From contig OU015567.1 of NCBI GenBank assembly GCA_907165135.1, positions 3,782,001 through 3,846,000 on the forward strand: a DNA stretch of 64,000 bases. Reading direction: 5' to 3'. The notes below the pieces were generated by a model. It did no database searches, was not told where the DNA came from, and saw only the letters and a list, made by a program, of their open reading frames with translations. Shown piece after piece: positions 1-11,300 of this stretch. Within the stretch, counting starts at the first letter, position 1. Every line of letters begins with the position of its first letter. The DNA comes from Oikopleura dioica (taxonomy: Eukaryota; Animalia; Chordata). The position numbers and the translations under genes were made by a program.

Positions 1-22
1 TATGTAGAGACTTGTTTAACCA

Positions 23-29
23 TTTTCAG
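23..29 (+). promoter_or_regulatory. Candidate spliced-leader trans-splice acceptor for GOPC
   Basis: ttttcag lies 11 nt before the ATG at 41. Equivalent sites occur at 3186-3192 (ZNRF) and 3956-3962 (AGTRAP). An upstream cis donor cannot be excluded. Confidence 0.45.
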
Positions 30-40
30 CGGTGTAAAAG

Positions 41-2646
41 ATGTCGATAGCGGCGGGATCGATGTTTAAATGGCTGGATTTGTTGGAGAAGGAATTCGAT
101 AGAAGCTTCGTGCAGCTTGATTTGTTGCTGGGAGAGGTCGAGGAGGAGAATAAACAAGTGACGAATGAAGGTACTTGTGTATAATTATCAATGGATATTT
201 TAACCAAGAATTTAGGACGCGACAAGCTCGGAATCATCTCATCGTGCTTCTCCCAGTTGTGCCACAAAGCACAAACTCTGGCGCAAATGAACTGCAAATT
301 GGAAGCTGAAGTCGTCAATTTGCAGACAGACTATTTCTCCAGCTCCGCGAAAACGAAGACAGAAAATGAGGAAAACGAAAAACTGGTATTACAACTTCAC
401 GAAGCCCAGGTAAACAAATTTTGAAATTATAATGAGATATTCGGAATAATTCTCATATTCCGCATATCATACGCGGACGCCATAAATTGTGTTCGAACTC
501 AACTCTCATCTAAACGATCGAGACTTTGAGGATGAGGAAATGTAACGAAATGATTAGGATGTTATGGGACAAAATTACAGCCATTTTGATATTTTTAGTA
601 GTTGACGGGAGTAAGTATCCCTCAGAACCCCGAAAGTGTTGTGTCGAACATCTATCGGGCCAGCCACAAATTTAATCTTGACTTTAGTCATTATCTGGAC
701 CGGTTATCATCCTTGAGAAAAGTAATACTAACATGACTACCCGTAGGTAGTGCAAGTCAGGATTACCCGTACTGATAAACGACTCCGTCATCAAAAAAGT
801 CCCATTTCATCAGTTTTTCGAAAATCTTATGGTTTCTTCCATCTCAAATGAGTTAAAATCGAGAAGCCGCTTGCGGCTTCGAGCCAAGGAAATTCAAAAA
901 GCCGCAGTAAAATCTCTAAAAAACTATTTACGCGAAGTTTTTTCTCTATTTTCGACTTACTCGGCGCGGCTTTTAGGCTGTCTCTCTGCTCGAAGCCGCA
1001 AGCGGCTTCTTAATTTTGAAGAGAACCTTCATTTATTCAATTCTTTGAAGAAAGTTTTCAGCTCAAAAACGCGAAAAACGAGGGTTTGCCAGTGGAGGAG
1101 CTGCACGCGAAAATCTCATCGGAGCTTGAAGAATGGAAAATCGATCGGCAAGCACTCAACAGAGCACAAGTTTCGGCGTCTCTATTTGAAGAGGAGAATC
1201 GAAAACTACACAGAGAAATACTCTCGTTACAGGTACACGAGAGCGTAAATTCAATGAAATTTAATGATAAATTAAAAAAAGGATGATCTTTTTGGGGCCC
1301 GACTGGCTTCGAAATATTTGGATAAAGAACTCGCTGGGCGAATTCAACAAATTCAATTGCTCGGGCGCGAGATTAAAAATAACGACTACGAGCGGCTTTG
1401 GAATCAGTTGGAGGCGGAGATTCATCTGCACAGACACAAGACTGTAATTCGCGCTTGCCAGGCAACCCTTGGCGATGGTCCAGGAATGGGGATTTGCAGA
1501 ATTGGAAGATTATGTCAGTTTATTTACTGTTAAAAAGGGTTACATAGAGGGGGACTTAAAACAAGCCTATTAACTCATTCTATACGAATCCCTCCTTCAA
1601 GCTTCTCTAAACATGCCTGGAGCAGTAGGCGTTGTCCGCAGAGTAGTCATCAACAAACACCCTGAAGATGGCCTTGGACTTGCCATCGTCGGAGGGAAGC
1701 AACTTGGAACTCCTATTTTAAGTAAGTGCAGAAAATCTGTGCGGTTCTACCACACTTTGATCTCGAATCAGAGCTTTTATAAATAGTTTTAATTTCTTTC
1801 TTGTTTCTAAAAAAAGAATTAAAATTTGCCAGGGCGGTTTTAATTAGAGATCGCCTTCAAAATTACTGTCGAAGATCTCTCTCAGCTCTATAAAAGCGTC
1901 GAAATAAACAAAAGATCAAGAGAAGAAGTTTCATGAATCATGATGCCTGGACAATTGAGAAACTCGATTTGTCAATATTTATACTTTGCCGCTTCTCGCT
2001 GATGATTCTTCTGTAATTCTGATTTTTAGTTTCTGAAATTTACGCTGGAAAACCCGCTGCCCAATCGAGAAATGTCTACGTTGGCGATGCAATTTTGTCC
2101 GTTAATGGAATTGATTTGAGAAATTTGAAACACAACGACGCGGTGAAGATTTTAACCGATCAAGAAGGACAGGTAAGGGGAGGAAAAAGTTCCTTCTTTC
2201 AGTTCTTTTATTAGGTCGAACTGGAGCTCCTCTTTATTTCGCCGGAAGAAAGTGCGTCTTCGTTGACGAGATTGGAATCGCACGACGTTTCTACCTCGAT
2301 GGGGCCAGCTGCCATGGCCAAGATTTCCGAAGCAGAGGCCGATGAACTGCCGGAAGTACCTTTAGGCTCGGATATTCGAGGGAGTCATCTCTAGAACTAT
2401 CAATCTGAAGCGGGTTTAAAAGATATTTTTTGTCGATATCCTTGAAAAGACGACCCTATCGAAGAAGCAAAATCAGCCCTGGAGAACGGCGAAAATGAAA
2501 ACACTGAGAGCCTGGCTCTTACAAACGATCCCGAAGTTGCATCCCTAAAATCCGAAACTGCCCCGCTAGACTCGATCCGTTCCGAAATCAATGAGATCGA
2601 GTCGCACTCTGAAAAAGATACCACGCCTATAAAAGAAGACTTCTAA
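41..2646 (+). CDS. GOPC: Golgi-associated PDZ and coiled-coil protein (PIST/CAL), multi-exon
   Basis: Spliced translation gives [82 protein letters not shown] and a PDZ domain (GLGLAIVGG...GDAILSVNG), all GOPC hallmarks. Introns at 171-215, 410-1061 and 1233-1281. Junctions around 1470-1600 and near 2360-2450 are uncertain. Confidence 0.92.
862..1010. mobile_element. Small MITE-like inverted-repeat element in GOPC intron 2
   Basis: Perfect 23-bp inverted repeats: agaagccgcttgcggcttcgagc (862-884) and gctcgaagccgcaagcggcttct (988-1010). No clear target-site duplication (TSD). Confidence 0.65.
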
Positions 2647-3205
2647 AAGAGAGTCAAAATGCGTTGAAAAATCCCTAGTCTATCAAGTTGCTTACAAATT
2701 GGGGACCTCTTTGCAATATGTTTTCATTTGATTTCACAATTTTCAGCTATATTTATGTATACATACCTTTCTTTTTCATAATTTTTAAACTGGTTCGGTT
2801 GGGCGAAGGGGGGTCTACTTATATCTTTAATGGGCCTGCTACTACTAGTGGGGGTTTATCCTTCGAACTGACCCTACCCCATCTTTAGTTTCAATAATAA
2901 TTAATATTAGATAAATCAAACACTTCTTTTCTGTATCATCATTCTTTTTTATCAAAGTATACCGGTTGACAGTAACAGTCACTTCTTTTTGCCTTTACAG
3001 TACAGCGTGCCTGCCTTCATGTTCGAGATTTTTCACTATCTCTTGTTTCTTTTATGCTTTATTGAAAGCATTTCTTCCTATCCCAACTCTACGACAAGTA
3101 ATAAACAAATTCAAAATTCAACATCCAGATTTCAAGATGATTTTCTTTATTACCGAGTTTCTCATTCCTGACTAAATATTTTCGTTTTTCAGAAATCGGG
3201 CTCAG

Positions 3206-3784
3206 ATGGGCCAAAGGACGTCAAGGCCGCAGACAGCAAGTGCAGAGGAGACCGCGGCGAGGAGGGCAGAAACGCAGCATCAAAAATGGCTAAGAGAACA
3301 GAGGGTATGCGAACATAAATTATAGCGTCGATTTATTGAGATCTCCCTCGCGATAAAAATTATCGTTGAAATCAGCAAAAATAAAATTTCAGGAACTCGT
3401 GACCCAAACAATGCGATTCTCGCAAGTAGATCGCCCTTGTCCAAAATGTAAAAAGATGCAAAGAGCTGAAGAATTTGAAACGCATCTTGTTTGTTGCCTT
3501 ACCAAGCCTGCACTTGAGGTACTTAACCAGCAATACTCAATCTTCAACACTTGTTCAGTTCAATACTGACGTACTAGAAGTTGATCAAGGAGAATGTATC
3601 ATTTGCTACGAAGATCTTCTCTCGCAACAAGTGATTGCTAGACTACCTTGTCTGTGTATTTTCCACGAACACTGTCTGAAAGACTGGTTTAAAGTCAGAG
3701 GTACGTTCATCAGAAATTAAGGGGCCCGCTTTTAATCTCTTTTTTTCAGAGGAGTGTCCGAGCCATCCATCTTCAGATGACTAA
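3206..3784 (+). CDS. ZNRF1: ZNRF1/2-like RING-H2 E3 ubiquitin ligase
   Basis: MGQRTS N-terminus (myristoylation consensus), zinc finger CPKC...HLVCCLTKP, and RING CIICYEDL...ARLPCLCIFHEHC...CPSHP. Four exons with GT-AG introns. ZNRF1 and ZNRF2 cannot be distinguished. Confidence 0.88.
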
Positions 3785-3975
3785 TTCTATTTTTCCCACG
3801 ACCAACTCGACTCTGGCTGCCCTTTCCTCGGCTGTCTGGCAGACAGTTATCTTCTCCACCTTCAAAAAAGAGAAACATACACACATACCACTTGATTAAT
3901 TCGCCATTCTGTTCAATAAAAACAACGAAAAAGCGCAAGACCTTCCTCATTTGAAATTTCAGAAAGGAAAATCGA

Positions 3976-4929
3976 ATGGAACTGAAGATCACGCTCAAAT
4001 CGATCGTCCTTTTTCAGTGGACAATGTCGCTACTCGCGCTTTCTACAAATTGGTTGCCACTTGGATATATGCTCACGCAGTTCAGCTTGATTATTCTTGG
4101 AGTTTGGTGCGTCGTACAAAGGGACGATTCGCTCCAAGTCTTTTTCTACGCCTCCTGTACTGGAATTTCTACAGTTACTGACTCGATTCTTGTCGGAGCA
4201 AATTATCCAGGTAATATCTTTTTCTTGGTATTCCCGCTCTTACAAATTATTAAAGATGAATTGTCGGGCTTGGGGAAATTCGCCGCAGCAATGGCCATAA
4301 TTTTCATAATCACGAAGCCTTTCCAAGCCCTGTTTTTGCATCAAATTTACAAGGAGAGAGGGGGACAGACTTCTTTTGGTAAGACCGCGTGTAGTATTTT
4401 TCGGGATACATTTATCTCTTGACTTTGTCCCGGAATTCGCTAAAAATCCTGAAATTCGGTTACATTTAAATTCTTATTCAAATATTCGTCGCCAGTGGTA
4501 GTCTGTCTATTTTTTCATGGAAGTTCGGAAGTTAAAAATAGACGGAGAAAAGACATTGTTTTATAGGAAATTGCTCGCTTATGACACATGTTATTCTATT
4601 CTGCTCTAGCGGTCATAAAATGATTTTTCCCAATTGAAAACTCGAAAAATTAATCTCGAAATCTGCAGACAAACTGTTGTTAAAATATTTCTTATGCCTA
4701 CAAAGAAAACATATCCCTTTTAGGAAATATTGGTCTACCGGGTCTTTCATCGGCGTACGAGGATTTAGGAAGGGACGAAAATCATTTACATTTTTAAGTT
4801 TGCGCTCATGCTTATATCTTACTATCCTTTATATTTCTCCTAAAAGATTCACTCTCGGAAGAAGGCAGAGGCCACTACAAACCAATGAGGACGGTGGAAG
4901 ATATTCAAGACTTGCCTTCTTATCAATAA
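3976..4929 (+). CDS. AGTRAP: Type-1 angiotensin II receptor-associated protein-like membrane protein
   Basis: MELKITLKSIVLFQW...LGVWCVVQRD...DSILVGANYP resembles the AGTRAP transmembrane region. The C-terminal SAYEDLDS needs a GA-AG intron at 4769-4846. Confidence 0.8.
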
Positions 4930-5365
4930 CTCCTCAACTTTTCTTCTGGTACTTTCTTCACGATCATTCAAATTTCTTCATTGTTCCCTCCATTTTTTCT
5001 GTCAAAAAAAACACTGCATGACATGTTATTTTATTTTTCCTTCTGTCCGAATAAAATATTCAAAGTTCTTCAAACACACCATGCTGCCGGAATTCTTCAG
5101 ACGCTCGGCAAAAATTCCAGGTGATATTGTTTTGAGTCAGTATATTTACAAATAGGCAGAAGGTACAAAAGACAGGTAAGAAAGATAAGAAATCTCCGCT
5201 CTTTGAGATTTTGGCCCAGCAAATATTTAATATTCAAAGTAATACTTTTTGAAATTGAAGTTTTGAGGAAGTCATATTTTTTGTTTGTTGGTAGGTTAAG
5301 AAAGAAACAGTTTTTATCTTTTTGAGAAAGGAAATATCAGGTTTTTTTTAACGCTTTAGACGGCT

Positions 5366-8300
5366 CTAGAACTCGGCATCCCAGCCCGAGGTTTCGTCGG
5401 GAATCTTGGATAAGTCTTCTTCCTTGATTTTCTCGAAGTTGGACATATCGAAGGCGTTCTGAAAGAATTTGTTGAAGACCTTGTTAATTACAAGTAGATA
5501 GGTAGCCAAATTAGGGCTTAAAAATTGTATTTTTTTATATTCAAATTGGGACTATAAATTTTTATATTCGGTTGGGACTGTTTTATACTTGCGTATAAAA
5601 CAAAATCATGTTTGTCTTTTTTTTGAGAATCAGAATCAGAATACCACCTTTCGATTTGGAAAAAAGTCAATCTCTTTTGAAGGTCTTTGGTCTGACCCGT
5701 CGAGCTATAAATTTTAGTTGCTGATTTCGTTAGTTTGAGAACTACGGATAAGGCACTGTACTGCTTTGATTATTTACCTTGATATCAGGCACGTGGGGCG
5801 CAACGACCTTGACTTGTTGTAGTCCTTCCCAGTCGAAACCTGAAATTTATTTTATAACATGTGAGAACCCGTAAGGAGAGACTAAGAAATAATTAATAAA
5901 TATGATGTCTTTCGATAAAACTACTATGGGAATACGATAAACTATGCGACGAGTCGATCTCAAATGTTCATCAGTCTCATAAATTCGCTGAATTTTTACA
6001 TTCTTTTGAGCTTTCTGCGGCTTCAACTAGGCTTAGATACGCCTGAAAGCTTATGGATTTATGAACAATGAAATTAAAGCCGCTTACAATGAATTTTCTT
6101 TACAAATTGCTTCATCGGATAAGTAGATACAGAGTTGTGTATTTATGCGTACCTTGAAACCATCTGTGTTTGCGAATATCGCTGATTCCAGCCTTTTGGT
6201 AACCGATTCTCTCGGAGGGCTCTTGGCGGCAAAGCGCTTTGATAAGATTTTCTGCTTTTCTGGAGATTTTGTAAGGAAATTGCACACTAAACAGATCAAA
6301 TAAGAACTCAGAAGGATGTTGATTTTCCCGGATAAAGAGCCATAATAACCAAAACTCCAATTGCAATCAATATTGACAGATCCTTATTTGGAGCATTTTG
6401 CAGTTCGTTGAACTTGTACTTTTGTTTGGCCAATTCGACTTGACGTTTGCTCTGTACCTGTGGATTCCACGAAGAATTCCTTCATAAATTGCAAGATCAT
6501 CTTTCGCTCTAAAGGGGGTTCTTTTCGACAGCAGTTCGAAGACCAGAATTCCAAGGGACCAGTAATCAGCTGCAACGTTGTGTCCAGTGTTTGAGATGAT
6601 TTCTGAAAGGAATTTTTAAGGGAAGAAAAGGTTTGACCGTTGATAATACAGTTAATTATGGAATTTTTGGACATTTTTTGTCCCAAGATTTTCGCAAAAA
6701 TGTCCAAAAATTTGATGCATGCTGTCAAAAAAAATGTCCCATCCAAATCGCTTAAAAAGTTTTTTGAGGAAAATCTCCATCATCCTCTGTTTCATTTTTC
6801 TTCTAAAGACAAAAAATGATCTAGGAGTACGAGATCAACCTTAAATCTCATCATTTTCAAAGAAAAAGTAAGATTTTCGATAAGAAAAAACGCCATATCT
6901 GGCAAAAAACGGAAAATTTTAAACTTTGGTGCAGAAAATGTCCAAAAATTTGATACAGGCACTTTTGAAAAGTGTCCCAAGAAAACCCCTTAAGGTGGTA
7001 GAAACAGCTTTTGAAAAAGCCGATTTTTGAACGGCGCCCAAGCTCAGCCAACCTTAGATTATTTAATTATCTCTTCGAATCTAGTTAGATTTATCTTAGA
7101 TCTAAGAACATCTTTTTCTAAAATTATTTTTTGTTTACCCAGTTTAGCGGTAGAGAGCGAAACATCAGCCCATCTCGTCGAAAATGCCGATTTTTGCCCA
7201 TTTTCAAGCAAGATTATCTCGAGTCATGTGATTAATCGAGAATTTCTAATCTTATTTTAAGAAAGTTCAACCCTTTTTCTAGGAGCATCTATGATTGAAA
7301 TTGCGTAATCATGAAAAATGATAATGTTGCGAGGCCGATTGAAACTTGTGTCTCAAATTTTCAAACTTTTGAGTTTTAAAGACCATTTTTTCGTGATACC
7401 CTTAAGTTATGGTCCTAACAAAATTACTCAAGATGATCATGTGATCCAAACAAATCTATCCTTTTCGCGTTTATCCCCTTATTAAACGATTTTAACTGTC
7501 GCTAAATTTCGAAAAACTCAAATTTGCGCCAAAACTTCAACTTTTAAGGCAATTTTAAGGGCGTTTCAATATAGTTAGAGCACAGTTTTTGTAAAAATTA
7601 TATTCTTCATGCAATAAGCTATCAAAACCTTCAAAAAAATTTTTAAAATTCCATCTTTGGCAAAAGCTGTTTCTACCCCCTTAAAATTGCAAAAATGTCC
7701 AAAAATTTGATGTCCGAAAATTCCATAAAAAACTGTAGTGAGCAGGGTAGAATTTGTGTTTGATAACTCGTATAATTTTTAACAGCCAGTAAAACCTTGC
7801 TCGCGTCTTTTTATAACCTTATGTTTTGCCAATCGCCGATTGAAATCGGTGTTGTTACATTAAACTAACGTAACAAGGTCGTACAAATATGACCGCAGAT
7901 TGCGGTCCGTTACGATCATCATCGAGTGTAGACAGAGGTTAAATCAACAGAACTTTCAGCTTTTGTCCTTCAGCAAGGCACGTCTTATAGTTTCAGTTAT
8001 TCGCGGTCGAACATTCAACTCACTACCGCCAAATTTGTGGGACGCATAAAACCAGTGTTCGTCCGATCCACCCGCAGAAATAACAACTCTTCGAATACAC
8101 GAAACTTCAGTTTAAAAAGTAACCGACGATGAAAAGCAGAAAACTCCTCTTTTTGCTCCCAATCCTTCTTCAACCCACCAGAGGAAATCTACTCGACAAC
8201 TTTACAGAAACAAGCTTGAATGATCAGTTTGAAATTGAGATGTTCTTTTCTCTGCTGAAAATGGACTTCAGACGAGTCAAACCAGAGCTAGAAAATAGCA

Positions 8301-11300
8301 GAGAATTCCGGAAGTTCGAAAGAAAAACAGGTGAGAAAACCTTTGTTTATATTAAGTTAAAACTTTACTTTTAGATCTATCAAGAGATTCTTCCAGATTT
8401 GCGATACTGATGATGATGATTTTGTAACATTTGCCGAGTACGATAATTGCAACAAAAGATACGACGACGCTCTGAGTAAAGAATTTCCCGAAATTTACAA
8501 AAATCATCAAGGTAAAAAAAAACATTGTTTCGAGGAAAGGTTATCAAGTTTCTTTTAGATTTTCTGACGGAAGAAGTGAAAGTTGGCATCCAAAACTTCC
8601 TCGACACCAATAACGACAAAAAATTCACGGCAAAGGAGCTCGCCGGCAGCTACTATTATATAACTCGCAAGTTTCTCGAGATTTACTTGCACCATACCTC
8701 GGCAAACAGAGACGGTTGGCTCTTGAACGAGATCCAAAGAATATTTGAGGTCAAACTCGTTTATATAACTCCTTTGTTTAGTTTGTATTTTAGGCGTTTA
8801 CCGTCCCGGACAACTTTGATATAGAAAAACATGTGCCAATCTACCGTTTTGTGCCGATGAGCTTCAAAATCGTCCTAAACTCTAACTCCCGCTTCCGTCT
8901 CAACCGACTCGTCTCTAGAATCGACCCAAACAACGACGGTGCACTTGACCCTGCAGAACTGACCAACTTCTTTTTGAAAATAACGGACAATTTTTCAAAA
9001 ATCATGAAGAAATTTCTGTAAATTAACGCTTCAATACTACGCTTCTACCTCTCTGCTCAAATAAAAGAAACAAAAAAAAGGTATACCTGGTGGAATGTAC
9101 TCGGGAGTACCGCAGAAGGTCCATGTCTTGTGGCCAGGGAGGACTTTTTTCGCGAACCCAAGATCGACGACTTTGACGTAACCCTTACTGTCGATCATTA
9201 AGTTTTCAGGCTTCAAATCTCGGTACACATATTGTCTAAAAATTCGATCGAAAAAAGTGGGAAAATGGAATTCTTTGTTACCGTTTATGAAGATAAGCAA
9301 AGGCCTCAACAACGCAACCAACATAGAATCGAGCATTTGTATCGTTAAATGGGCCTTTAGTATGCAACAGTCGCCATAAATCGCCGCCAAGGTAGGCATC
9401 AGTAAGGAGGTAGACGAACTTGTTGTCTTTGAAAGTTTTGTGGAGGCCCTAAAGACTCCATCAGGCTTTGATTCAGCGAGGAAAGCTTACGAGAAGAAAT
9501 GGAGAGTCGATTTGCATGAGGATGTTCTTTTCGTCCATGATATGTCTTTGCTGGCCGTACTGGACAACGCGCGCTTTTTGAATGCACTTGAGGGCGAATG
9601 CTCTATCCGGGACGCCATTGACTTGGACCAGCTTGACCATTCCGAATCCACCGGCTCCGAGAGGCTTGATTGTGTTTATTTACTGATAGCAAGGAAGAGA
9701 CCATTGATTCTTACCTTGATGACTTGAAGTTGATCGAGGGAGACTTTGGCAATGTGCTGGTTGATAATTTTCGTGGGTCGTAAATCCTCCTGAAGGGTTA
9801 ACTTGAGAAAACGCATAAATCACTCTCTTTTACATTTCTTCGGTATCAATTAGCTGCGAAAAATGATCAGCGCGATTAGCACTTTTACAGTTTTTCTTAC
9901 CTCTTTTTCGACGGTGCCATGATCCGGGTCCGTAATGTCACCAGAAGTGAGGGATGACTCAGCGATTTGTCCTGGTTTTATGAATTTACAGAAAAAGATT
10001 CGAAATTGAGGACATGATTATTCATAAAAAATAATTATAAAAATTAAATAGAATTTCATGCAGCATGCCGAAGCGCGGATCAAAGGCGCTTGTTCAAGTT
10101 TCGTAAAAATTTTTACAAACATGGAGTCTCTTTTTTTATCATTTCTTACACAGATATTCACTTTTTGAATATTTGTTTCTTATATTTTTTATCTAAGATT
10201 TAGCTCTTTAGAATTTGAAAGCTTCAAAATGCATTTTTCTTATCATTTTTGAAACGATTTCGACCTGACATCGCGAAAAAATTTTACAGAACAATATAAT
10301 TATTTTTTGAATTTTTACCTCCAGTGCTTTTGCAAATGTCTAAAAGAAGATATGATATAAAAATGAAGGTGGATCAAGGATGCAATTTGAGAATCCCGTG
10401 AAATTTTGCTGCACGCTACTGTAAAATAATTTTCTTTCATTTTTTTTAGATTGAGTTTCCCCGTACCGACAAGGTTCGTAAACGCAGTTCGATCCAAAGT
10501 GTAGCACTGTCAACGGGCTCTAGAATATTTTTGAGGGGATTTTTCTGATGCGGAAATTCAATGGAAATATTGAAAAATAGGACGTCTAAAAGGGCCCGGT
10601 CCTTGACGACTCCAACAGCATAGACATTCGCCATTCGGACATCTTCTTTGATGAGGGCAATTTCACCAAAGTATCGTCCCTTGCCATATCTTGCCACTTC
10701 CTCTTCGCCACCAGCCGGCTTGTCTTTCGTGATTCGAACTTCGCCGCTTCGGATGATGTAGAAAAGATCGCCAGTGGTTCCCTTAAAATTTTCAATACAG
10801 TTTTTTCTCTCTATTCAAACCTGTTTGATGATGCACTGATTGGCGTCAAAAGTTTCTTCTTCCAAGCAGTCGGCAATTTTTCTCAATTTTTCCTCGGAAA
10901 GCGCGTTGAGATCTTTGACAGCAGAGAGGGTCTCGAATCGCTCTTGATCTTTGTTTCGTCCAGCTGATTTCACAACTGTCTGGAAGAGTGTTCGCTCAAG
11001 CGACCATAAAACAACTAGAAAAGAAGTAGCGAGGATTGGGAACTGGAAGTTCAACCTTTTTCTGTAGAGGTAATAGTGGCAGTTCTTCGGCAGTTATACA
11101 AAATCGCCAATTCTCCAAAAAGACTTCCTGGGCTGAGAGAACAGACATCGACTTTATCGGGTCCGCTTCCCTGAAATGATTTTCTAGCGGCAATACTGTA
11201 TGCTAGACTGTACCTTAGTGACTTTGACAGAACCCTGCTGAAGAATGTACATGTGGGTCCCGTCCATACCCTCGCGGATAATGTCGATATTTTCTTTGTA

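Noticed and set aside
829-1248. 139-aa plus-strand ORF
   Set aside because: It crosses the intronic mini-element and GOPC exon 3 out of frame.
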